NCBI GenBank assembly: GCA_030141605.1
Contig: JAQGDQ010000148.1
Coordinates: forward strand, 1-64,000
Direction: 5' to 3'
Length of the DNA: 64,000 nucleotides
Source: Tubiluchus corallicola
Lineage: Eukaryota > Animalia > Priapulida
Under the pieces are notes generated by a model. It worked only from the letters and a program-made list of their open reading frames with translations, searched no databases and had not been told where the DNA came from. Positions 40,701 to 52,700 of this stretch are shown here, one piece after another. A program made the position numbers and the translations under genes. The stretch's first letter is position 1. Each line of letters starts with the position of its first letter.

Positions 40701-43700
40701 GCAAAGGTTTAGAGGAAAATTTAACACAATTATAATATGCAGCCAAGTCAGAACCAAGTTATACTTTGTAAGTAATTAATATGCGAATTTGCAAATACGC
40801 ATAAAATTTACAACAGATTTCTGTAAAGCCTAGATGTTTATTAGTAGATTGTTGAAAAGACAGCAGAGCACTAGCTGTAAATAGCTAGTTTTTACAATAT
40901 AGAGTGCATTGCAATATTGTTGTATTATTTCCCACACATTTTTGGCGCTATCAGAGAGAAAATCAAACATGGAGACAGAAATTTCAAATAGAAAAAGCAA
41001 AAACAAAAACAAAAAACCTAGAAAAGGCACAAGAAAAGGGCAAGGCTTCTTTGGATTTTCAGACAATTTAGAGGAAATTACAAAAGAACTGGAGAAGCTT
41101 ATTATATTAAACAAAACATGGAATGAAAAAAGACAAAGAAAGAAGATATGAACATATTTTCGTACAAAGAAGTTTTAGCAAAGTATGCAAGTCTACATTA
41201 CATTTGGAAATGCAAAAAGCAAAAAAAATATGAAAATATTAGTTAATTTATAAAAAGAAAAGATGCCTCATATTGCTCAATACCTTGCACATTTCACATA
41301 AAGCTTGAAATCTAGTATTCAGATGATTAACATGCTCGCTAAGAGAAGAGCCTGAGAGTTGATGGCATTTTTCTACAAGACTTGTTATAACACTTGCATG
41401 AGACTGGATGTCCTGAGCAGATGCCTGCAATGTGCAAGTGAAAAAAATAATTACAGCAATTAAAATAATGAAAAGGAAAGATTTACTGATAACAAAGCCA
41501 TAACAACAATACTTCACGTGTAGGATCTTATAGCACAATACTTTAGTTGCTACATGCTTTTAAATGCATTTTTTCATTATTTAATCCAACTTCCAAATCT
41601 ATGTTCTTAAGAATATGGTATTAACAAATTCGTAATTCAGCACTTAACTACAGACAGTTCAGAAATTTTGAGCATGCCGAACTGTAGCAAAAAAAGTTGT
41701 TTACTAATATTTTAAATCAATAACATTATCTGCTACTTTCAATTTCACTTATGCACTATTTTGTTTTATTTTGGAAACACTATAATCAGTTCTACAAATA
41801 GTAGACTCAGAATATACAAGTAAGTTATCGGAACAAAGAATCAATTAACACAATTTCAGTAGATTCCTTGTTATTTTAAAGAAACTGCTGACAGAAATGT
41901 TAGTTGTTCAATTATAGTCATCATCTAGACAAGAAAATTCCAGCTTTCACAACAAATAAATAATCCCCAAACTTTTGTGTCACAGGAACTGAATTAAGGC
42001 AGAGTTTTTTTTTACCAACCGTACAATAAATTAATATGCATCTTATACAAGTAACACTAACTGTACCTTATAATCCTGATGAACCGTTTGTTTCTCTCGA
42101 AGGTTTGCTTTCAGCGGCACCTCCTCCTTCAGAGTTCTCTCACATCCATCCAACCAAGTTTCAAAGTGGTTAACATTCTCCTCCAGAGATGACCATTGCA
42201 TGATTGCTGTTTCCATTGACACTCCGGCTTCGTTTAACCCTTTACCTAGAGTCTCCCAGCGGGCACTCAATGAATGAAGATGTTGAGCGACTACATCGCG
42301 TCCAGCGGGACTGGTGTTTGGATAAAGTTTTTCTCCAGTTGACATGGCTGTGTTGTAGTCTGACAATGCCTCATCTTTATTTTCTTGCAATTCCTGTCAA
42401 ATCGATTATGTAGGTAGTGCATAAGGGGTACAGAAACAAAGAGTAACAGTGTAGAAGGATTTATTAAATCAAAGGATTGCTGAAACAATAAGGAATCTAT
42501 CATGCCCTCAACGATCAGTATGAAAGCCTCATGCATTTCGCATAGCCAGCAATCTTGAAGGGCATGATCGAAGCAGCGATCTGAAACTCTAGGATTATTT
42601 TTCTATTGAACTGAATAGCCTACAAATTGACTGGAAATGCAAGGTACTGACTTACGGCGTTACTATGTTTCATTTCAAATAGTAGTTCACAAGTATTTCT
42701 CCTTTTTTATTTCAGATATTCCATGACCTTACAAGTTCATCACAGGCAAACATAAGATATTCAAATAAATACAAATCATTTTTGGGCATGAAGAGCCGGA
42801 CTAAGTTCATTTATAGTAGTAACAAAATCCAGTCCAAAAATATTAACATTGCAAGAAGAAAAAGGCTAGATCAGTAATATAGTTTTTGAAGTTAAACACA
42901 TATGAATAAAATCTTGTAAAGTAACACAGAAGAAAATTTAAGACCATTTAAAGTAGTAATGAGACCAACTTACGTGTCACATATGCGACAATATATGTAT
43001 CACAACAAATATTGAAAACAGCTGAAAAATATACAGTACTTGCCAAAACAGAAGATATACCAAACTATTATCATTATCCACAAACCTGTATCAATTGTTT
43101 CTTCTTTTCCAGTGTAGGCTTATCACCCTGTGTATCGCTGTTGTTAGCCAGGACCTCTTCCGCATTGCATAGCCAATGTTCAAACACATTGCATGCTTCT
43201 AAGTAGTTGGCATGATCGTCAACATTAGCCTGAGAACAATCCACATTTTCCTGGGGACAAAAATAAACAGTAAATGCTAACAAGTAAGATGGTAATGTAG
43301 TAGTAAAAAATATAAAGTAGTCTTTTTGTCATGTTCTGGATATTCCATCTGGTTAAGAGTGGTCCGACAGTATTCATTATGTTATTAACTCTAGTATGCT
43401 AGCAGTCTAGAAAAAGTACATTTCCAATTACAGAAAAAGATATTAGGGACAGCGATTCTGCTCTGTTTGAAGGAGACGGCATTGTTGGGCATGGTATTCT
43501 GCATTGTGTACATGAGAAAATCACTTAATACTTAAACACTTCTCAAGTTTGAACCTAGAACTACACTTACTTGCACTGCGGCACACAAAGTATCATATCG
43601 AACTGTCAGTTGATCTGCATTTGCAACAGCAGTGCAGCCTGGTAGTTGTTCTGCTAACAAATCAGCTTCTGATGATAACTCACGAAAGTCTGGTTCACGC

Positions 43701-46700
43701 AATATAACTTCTTTTTGTAAATTCTGCAATGAAAGACAAAAATGCTCATCACAAACATATAAAGAAATAGAGTACTTCAGAAGCAGCAGTATAGCCAATG
43801 GTAATAGGCAATAGCAGGGTTTTGTTAGACAATGCAATAAATGATCTTTTCATATGTTCACAGTTTTGCCTCGTGCACCAGTCAGTTTTGAAATAGTTAC
43901 ACCAAAGGGAAATGTTTCATGCACTTGACTCTTTATTTGGCTTAACCGACAAGTCTGACAATTGACAGTTCCTGGCTTTGGTGTTATACAGAACTTGCCT
44001 TTGAATGGACAATTAGTTATTGCTCGGGGAAAAAACAGTACTTGTCACGGCAGAAAACATACCATCATTAACACACAGGCAATGCCATAAAAGCAAATGC
44101 TCTACATAGCCATCTCTACTCAAATATCAAAGTATCAAGTTTGTACTTATATTCTAGTTGTAATGTAACACAAAAGTCAGTTTTGCATTTTAGATTTTTT
44201 TAAAACAAATTTGCTTATCCCAAAAGAGACAGACACATTCAATAGTTGTGTACTGTTAGCAATATTAAATCTTTCATATCACACTAAAAAGTTCGCTTAT
44301 TTTATTTTGAACCCAAGTTGGGGAATACAATACCTGGAAACTTTCCAAATGCTGCTGTTTTTCAGGCAAATCTGCCTGCAAACCCAAGTCTGCTTGCACA
44401 CGATGCTCCGTACGACGCAGCCAGTCTGCAAGCTTTTCGTACTCCTCCTCAAATTTATTCACGGCATTCAAACTAAGTCCTAATTCTACGGACATCATCT
44501 GTAAGTCGGAGACAAAGCCATCCACCTCCTTGTGAAGGTCATCCACCTGTTCAGACATGTCATTTAGTCGCTCCTCGGTGCAAGCCGGAGAGAAAACTTC
44601 AAACTTCTGTTCTAATGTCTGCAGTTTGGCCTTACCTTCTGGAATTGATTTCTGCATATCCTAAAACAAAATGTGGTGTATTAGTAAAGATTCTTGAAAC
44701 ATACATACAATTTTAAATAAAAGTAGATTACTGCCATACAGCGAAGTAAATGCGTTTTAATAGTTCACATGCCATCCTGCTATGTCAATGAAAATGTAGT
44801 TGTTTTAGAACCAACTCAACATATTTTACATATTATTAAAAAATAGTTATTTATTTCCAAAAGTGATGTATCTGTTGTTCTTTTCTGATGACGCAGAGTT
44901 ATTTCACAATCACCTTACGCCGTCAATGTCTCACCTTACTGGGAAAAATCTGTACGATAAATCCACATAACGATAATTGTATTGCAAAAGGCTGGAAAAC
45001 CATGTTCATTAGAAAACTCAATTTACATAAGGCAAAAAACACTCTTACTAAAACTGCAGCAAGTTTGGCAGAGATAGCATGTTTATCTGCAGATGATTCA
45101 CTGCACCACGAGACCTTCTCCTTGCTTGCATTTAACCAAATCTGTAGTGCTGATGCAGCTTCAGCAAATCTCTGAACCAAGAGCATTTCACTTGATTCAG
45201 TCATCTGAAAATGTAAAATGTAATTTCTTTTAAGTTGATTTCCTCTAAATTGATTAATGAATTAACTTTGCCACGTTGCAATAATAAGAAATGTGTCAAA
45301 GGCCTACTACAGATAAACCAAAATGTAGTTATAAAGGTCAGTGGCAGACTGCAACGTGGATAATAAACGGTTGTTCTTTTCATACAAAATGATGGTATTA
45401 TTACCAAGGATCTGCTTACCAAGCAAAGACATCACTTTTAAATACTAAATCAAAAAGCATACAGTAAAGGCAAGATAGATATTTTTATTTTTAAAATAAT
45501 TTAATATCTAAAACATGTCTTGGAGTAATCTGTCAGTAAAGGAATCTAGTATTATTGTTACCAACATGGGTGCAGCATATTGTTTTTCCCTCTCAGCCAG
45601 ATAATATACATATCCGGCTTTAGACTTGGTCTATCACATACAAACATTATATCTCATATCAGTCGAAATTCATTCATTGTTTAATAAACATCTGAAAATC
45701 GCTTAAAGAAACTGGAACTTTCAAAATCAACTTACACTTTGTCTGACAGAGAAACAAAACGCGAATCAACATATTCTAATTTACCTTGGAAATTTGTGTG
45801 CAGTCTTCATCATATCTATTGTTCAACTCTTGCAAATCCCTGAGTAAATTACTTGTTTTACTAGATGGAAATCTTTGTTCAAATGTTTCCAATGACTGAC
45901 TAGTTTGGACAAATTGCTCCTGCATATCAGCTAAGTCATCAGATAACTCCTGTAAAAGAAACAATGCAATATTCAAATTTAATTTATGATTCACTGCTTT
46001 ACGGAAGAACTAAAATTTCTTTAAATAAGCAAACAATGCCCATACCTTGCATGCTTGAATCCTATTCACTAGGTCATTATCAGAAGAAATATCCACTGCA
46101 GGCATTCTTTCTTCTACTTCGCAAAGACGTGCCTTCAGGTCATCTAACTTAAGTCTCATGTTATCCAATTCAGTGGCAGATTCCTAAAGTAAGAAAGAAT
46201 CGCTGATTTCTCAACAAAAATAGACATTTACCAAACTAACTTAACAGGTAGACCGTGAATCACATATCGCATAAATGGTGGTGACACACATTTGTTGTCT
46301 AATTACAGAATAAAATGACAAAAATTTCTTGTGTGCTATGATCTTCCTAGGTAAATACAGCCAGGAAAGGTTTTGTTGGCTAACCTTTAAACATTAGATG
46401 AAGCAACGGCGTCAATTTAATGGTAAAAACTACAATTGTCTCACATATACATCAATTAAAGCTGCAGTAAAAAAAAAGTTTCCCCAAGATCTTTGTTCAT
46501 AGTTAGAGGTGCTTAATCACCTTTAGCTAATTTGATTGCACGTATGCTGATGCTCTAGAATTAGATATTTTGAAATACCCTTTAAATTGACCAAAAAATT
46601 AAAACAAAACAAACCAAACGCAAAAGAAACCGAATTTATTATTACAATCTACTTAAAATGTCAGTGCCTTATTTCGCCAACCATTTAATCTACAAAAAAT

Positions 46701-49700
46701 GCATTTGCACTTGCATAAAAACAAGTTATAAAAAAACCTTATAAAAGCTAAACAAAACTAACCTCAAGTAGCCCGCGAAGCTTATTAGCCAAGTCAGCTG
46801 CCATGCTGAACTTGTCATTTAACTCTCCCGGCAAAAGCGACAAAGTTTCAACTGGTTGGTCTTCATTCAGTCTTTCCAGGGAACCACAACTTTTCAGTAA
46901 TTTCTTCTGTAGGCCTTTGTTGTAATCCAGTTCGCTCTGAAACCATGATTTTATTCTTCCAACTAATTAATAATTAAGTGACACTGAGGAGACTACTGAT
47001 TTATCTCAGAAATAGTGCAAAAAATTAGAAATGCTAGTTGCAGTCAGTATTTCAGAGTATAACTTGGCAAAATAAAGAGACTTCAATGTAATCACAGTGT
47101 AGTATGGTCAAGATCTTACATCTTTTCTCCCCTCATCCACACTTCAAATTTTCAATTTTAAAACAACATATAAACTTTTCCATTAATCCAATCATTTGAG
47201 TACCTATGAAAACAATCACTGGTTTATCTATCACTCCAAGCTAATTTTCTAAGAGCTAGGTGATTGATTGTTGTTACGTACCTCATACGACCTGAGCCTT
47301 CGTTCAGCTGCTGATGTGTCACCCTGTTGCAAACAGTTGTGCATTTTATCTATGATGTTATCTAACCAAGAAACCAACTCCTCCTGTAAGGCAGCTATGC
47401 GTTGCCAGACTTCCTTTGCTTTTTCTGTAAAACAATTGAAAACATACAACCAATAGTTTTCACCACTTGTGACCTAACTAAGAGAGATAACAATAAAGAT
47501 AAAAATGCATTTCTGAAAATGTAAAAATTCACCAAATTAAAACGTTATTTTGCCATTAACTCAACAGTTAAAACTACAGCTGAACTAATAAATCATTTTA
47601 CAGGTGATTTGCAAACTTGCCCATTTCTTATGCAGCTAATACCTCTTCAACAATTGTGAGGTATCCTTAAGCAAACTAAGGAAATATTGTTTGCAAAAGA
47701 ATCCCACAAATTATTTTTGTTCGCAGGCATTCCAATTGAATGTGTACTATAAAGGTAAATTTACTAAAATAGCTTCGAGTGTATTTTGCTTGCAACAAAA
47801 ATTTATACCGCACTTACCAAGTCGATTGATTTGGTCTTGCAATTTCTGATGATCATCCTTCCAGCGTTGACTAGTTGTTGCATACGAGTTTTTCAACTCA
47901 ACATACAGCTCTTCCGTACACGAAGTTTTTATATTAGGAATGGTCTTCACTAATTCTGAAACTTCATATCCATGCTTTTTCATATTGTCAATATCGGGAT
48001 GAATTTCTTGGAGCTTAACATTAGCTTCCTATAAAATAATCAACCAATAACTAAATGCACAATTAACGTAAAACAATTCTCGCAGAAAAATGGCATCATA
48101 GAATGATTTTACGCTTTTGTATTTAATCTGCCTCTAGTGCGATAAAGCAACATGATATTGCTATAATAAATAACATGCCTTCTAAATAATAGTAAAGCTG
48201 ATTGTGGCAAGCTACTAACCTATTAAAATAACAGTTGGTAGCAAATATACTAAATGCATAACTACTAATTTTGTTAAAAACAAATTAATATCGTACTTAC
48301 AGCTATATATACTGTACTAGTATACTACTACTGTATATTAGAGTAGCTGGTGCTACTATAATAGTGCATATAGCCGACTACACAGTAATTCCAACATCTT
48401 TCAGCACACTATTAGAAGAATGAGTTTTGATATTATGAGGACTGTATCACAATAACCTTAAAATTTTAAAATCAGAAGTACTACTGTAAATCATGTAAAA
48501 GGTTGCTTCCCATGCAAAAACTAACAATGCTGCTAAACACACATATATAAACATAGGAAGGTATGTTTGGTGTGGTATAGAAACTTTATTTTCAATATTC
48601 AAATGCTTATTATACTTTCAAAACAAACTACTAAGAAAAAATCAACTGATAACATGCCTTTTCATGTTCTGAATTTCTTTACCAATATTGGCATTTTAGC
48701 TGAAAATGCTAAGCACAGTATAGTTGTATTAAATAAAAAATGTTTTCCAAAAAGTAATAAAAACTAGCAAGCAAACTTGGATCTACAACAAACAAATCAT
48801 ACCTGCAAATTACTCTGGAATGCTGGGATATCACTCATATTATCCAGCCTGTGAACCACTGCAATCTCTTCCTCAAATGATTTCAAATTGGCTGCTGATC
48901 TTTCACTACTCTCCAAAAATTGTGTCCAATTAACCACAACAGAATCTACTACATCTACTGTAGTTTTACTAGTCGAGTCCACATCGTTCCATAGCAACTG
49001 GACTGTGGAGCACCTTTCCTCCACTGGCAAGCTCTTCTCCGGAAAATTGGCTTTGATATGATCAGATTGTGCTAAAAGGGTTTCCAGTGTTTCTTCTTTC
49101 TGCTGCAGTGTTGCTTGTACAGCCTATAAAAACGAAAGCATTACAGAGAAACTGCTTCCACTGAGCAAAGCAAATCTCGAAGTCTTGAATAATATACTTC
49201 TGAAAGTCTTTAACGACACACTAGAAGTTTGGGGTGCGCAAGGTTAGTATAAATGCTGATTCGCTAACCTGCTAACTGGTGATGGTATTAGAGGTTAAGA
49301 AAAGAGGTGAAACAGGCAATCAAACATGGTGGGTGCAGGCTAAAAACATGGTTAGATTTACAGACAGGTTAGGTGGGGTGGCACTTTCATAATACAAACC
49401 TGGCTATCTGCTGAGAAGGCTACCTGACTATCTGTCTAAATATGTTAAAGGATGACGGGATGGTTTTTCATATACTACCCCATTTTCATGTCGGATAAAA
49501 AGTATACATTTTAACACGATTAATATTGCAAAAGCGTTTCTGATCATTAAATAATTGATTAAAAACTTAATTAACGGCAGGCGAGCACAACTATTGATGA
49601 CGTCACAAACTAACATAATTTTCAATAGCAAAAATATTCTGTGAGTGTATTGCATGTGTTTGCGAAAGCGAAAATTGAAGGACAGTACTACTGTAAGATA

Positions 49701-52700
49701 TTCAGTGTGTTGTACTAAAACAATTTACTGCTGTGCTCGCGCATTAGCTGACGAATATGCGTAGTTCATCAGAAACGCACTTCTAAACTGAGAGGTACAG
49801 TACGTGTTTTTGTATAATGCGTTTCCGAAATGCAGGCGCTAGTGCCCATCTAACTAGCGAATGGCGAAATGCATGTAACAGCGAAGAACTAGTGGCGCGA
49901 CTGCAAAATTTTATTTATGTGGTAATAATTCTTTCACGTAAGTCATTTTTGAAAAAATACTGTGTTCCTTTTTCAATATTTTAAAGAGTATGTTTTGATC
50001 TACAGTTTAAGATTGGGTCTGATTTTGCTTTAAATTTCAAGTTTGTTTATCATATTACCACATATAAACAATAAGTGACCATGTCATAAAATCATTTCAT
50101 ACGCAAGTTGTGAGTTGATTCCTATGAATGACTTTCTGCTAACTAACGCCTATACCAAAATGTTTCATTGAGTTCACCAACTTTGCCATTAATTATTGTA
50201 GTGACAATCTTAACAGCAGAGCAAATAAAATCGATAAAAATAACATCCTAGGAATGAGCAACAAAAGCCACATTAAAAATGTCACCTTGTTTGTATCTAA
50301 GCAGTTCTTATAATGGTCCAATAGTGACTCTGATGGAACAGCATCCTCTACTCGTTGTTTTTGTTGTTGTAACCATGGTAACAGCTGATTTTCTAGTAGT
50401 TCAAAAGACTGAAGTGCTGCAATTGAGTCAGCTATGTGCTGCTCGCGTTTCTTTATCTGTAGTTCGATGGCCATTGCAGATCTAGAAATGGTAAAGGTTA
50501 TAATTATCAGCATGCAAAATTTCCCGTGTAACAACAAAATAAACAGAAAAGTGAAACAAATAAATTTGCACAAATTACATGTAACTTACTGTGACACAGC
50601 TTGAAGGTCATTCTGCAGTTTGATTACAACAGCTGGTTCTTCTACTTGCTGCTCCCGAACTGTTGCCGGGGCAACAAGAGTGATTTGAGCTTCAGACAGC
50701 ATTGACTCAATGCTGCTTTGCTGATCGTCCAAATTTGACAATTTTGCTGCAGAAAATGATGCTATTATTGTAGACTATTAGAAACATAAGTACTATAACT
50801 GCAAAAATATAAATTAAGAATGAAATGTATCAAAAATTATACAAAAATTATAACCATACCTAGTTTACAATTATTATTCTAACAAAGTATTTTAAACCTC
50901 TATTACTTCACTTTACCGGGAAATTCCTTGTCTACCAAGCCTAATGGTCAGTGTTCAGTGATCAATAAGACCAGGATTGATTAACAGATGACCACAAGTA
51001 AACACTATTAGAAACTATTAGAAGTAAACACATTAAACACTTTGATGTCAAACGCCATAGATTTGTTAAGAATTACCTTTAATGACATTAACTTGGTCGT
51101 TAATGCTAGGAATATCCTCCGATGGACACGTCTCAAGTCTTCCTTGCACTTCTTGAAGTTTTAATGTTAGTTGATTCCGTTCCACATAAAACTCAACAAG
51201 TCTATAGAACACAAGATTAATGAGTTTCAGAATTTACATGAGAAAACAAGATTAAAAATATTATATTCACGTTAAAACTCACTAAGCTGGCAAAGGTGAG
51301 TGCCTAATGAATGAAGCACTAATTTTTGTTACAGTACAGCACACTAAAAACTGGAATACAATACTCAAGCATTTAACTGATTATCAAAGATAAAACTTTA
51401 AGATGAGTCACAGAACTGCCAGCAATGCTTTACCATGTTTATGTGTATATAAATCTTTCTTCAACAATATAAACAGCCAGAGGTATTATGACCAATTAAA
51501 TCCTCTAGGAGTGGTTTACTTTTGCCTCATTTCCTCTTACTAGTCTGGTCTCTAGCAGTGCATAACTTTAGAATCAAGCATAGACTGTCAACATTCAGAT
51601 ATTGCACACAAAAATGATTTGTTTTTATTTTTTCTTAACTGATAATTGAATTTATTTCTTGCAGGTAATATAACAAATTTACTACAACTATGCTTCACAT
51701 TTATAACAGGACAAACACATTTATCGTGTTATCATTTCATTTGCAAATTTGCAAGCTAGCTCTACAGCAAATTCATCTGCAAGCAATCCAATGAAATATT
51801 GTTCATTTATTTATTCCAATTATGCATTTAACTAAAGTTTTAATAAAAATAGTCTATTAGCATTTTGCTTTTTCTCTCCTTAGAGCAAGGAATGCAAGTA
51901 GAATTGTAGATGTTTACTTTTCAATAACGTGTTCTCTGGTGGAAATGACAGTTGTCACTGTAGCATAACACTTTGTTGCTGTGGCAACTCGCTCTTTCAG
52001 GTCTTCAGCTTCTGTACCAGCTACTGACATTTCATTCATATCTGCTTCAACACTCTGGACTAGATTTGCCTTTTGCTCTGTGTGCAGTTTCATAAGCTAA
52101 AACAAGGACCCATATTCAGCTACAGTTCATACGCTTCACAATACACATTCTCTTATAAGGCAGTTTATGTACCACGTTATTTGTTGACTTCCAAATTAAC
52201 TTCCAAATATATTCTAAAGAATAGTAGTAACAAATGACATTGTTTTTTTACACATAAAGCTGTACTCAATATTAGGTTGTGGCAGAACTGGAAAGTTGTT
52301 CATTGACAATGCCAGTCCTCTAAGAAAAGACAACGAGCTGGCAGGTATGTCTCAGCTACAAATGTTATTTGTTATGCCACTTGTAAATGGCCACAAATTC
52401 GTCGTTAGAATATAAAATTGCTTTAAGCAACGAAGTCATCAGAAAATCCAAGCATTCATTTCCAACTGGGAAAACTAATGGCAAAAGATTGTTATTGTTA
52501 AAATGAATTCTCACCGAACACAGCATCTTTGAGCGATAACAATAAAACAATATGTAAAGAAGAAATGAAAATCCTACCTTTACGTCATTAAGACAACTTT
52601 CCAAGTTTTCAGGTTGAATGGTATTTGTTACTGCTAATTTGGTCTGCACTGTATTCAACCACTTGTTCAGCTCTTCAAGTTTATCATAGAATGCAATGCG

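Noticed and set aside
49748-49778. CTGACGA...GAAAC resembling a hammerhead ribozyme core (also CTGACGAG at ~20695)
   Set aside because: Stem II and flanking stems do not form in the required register
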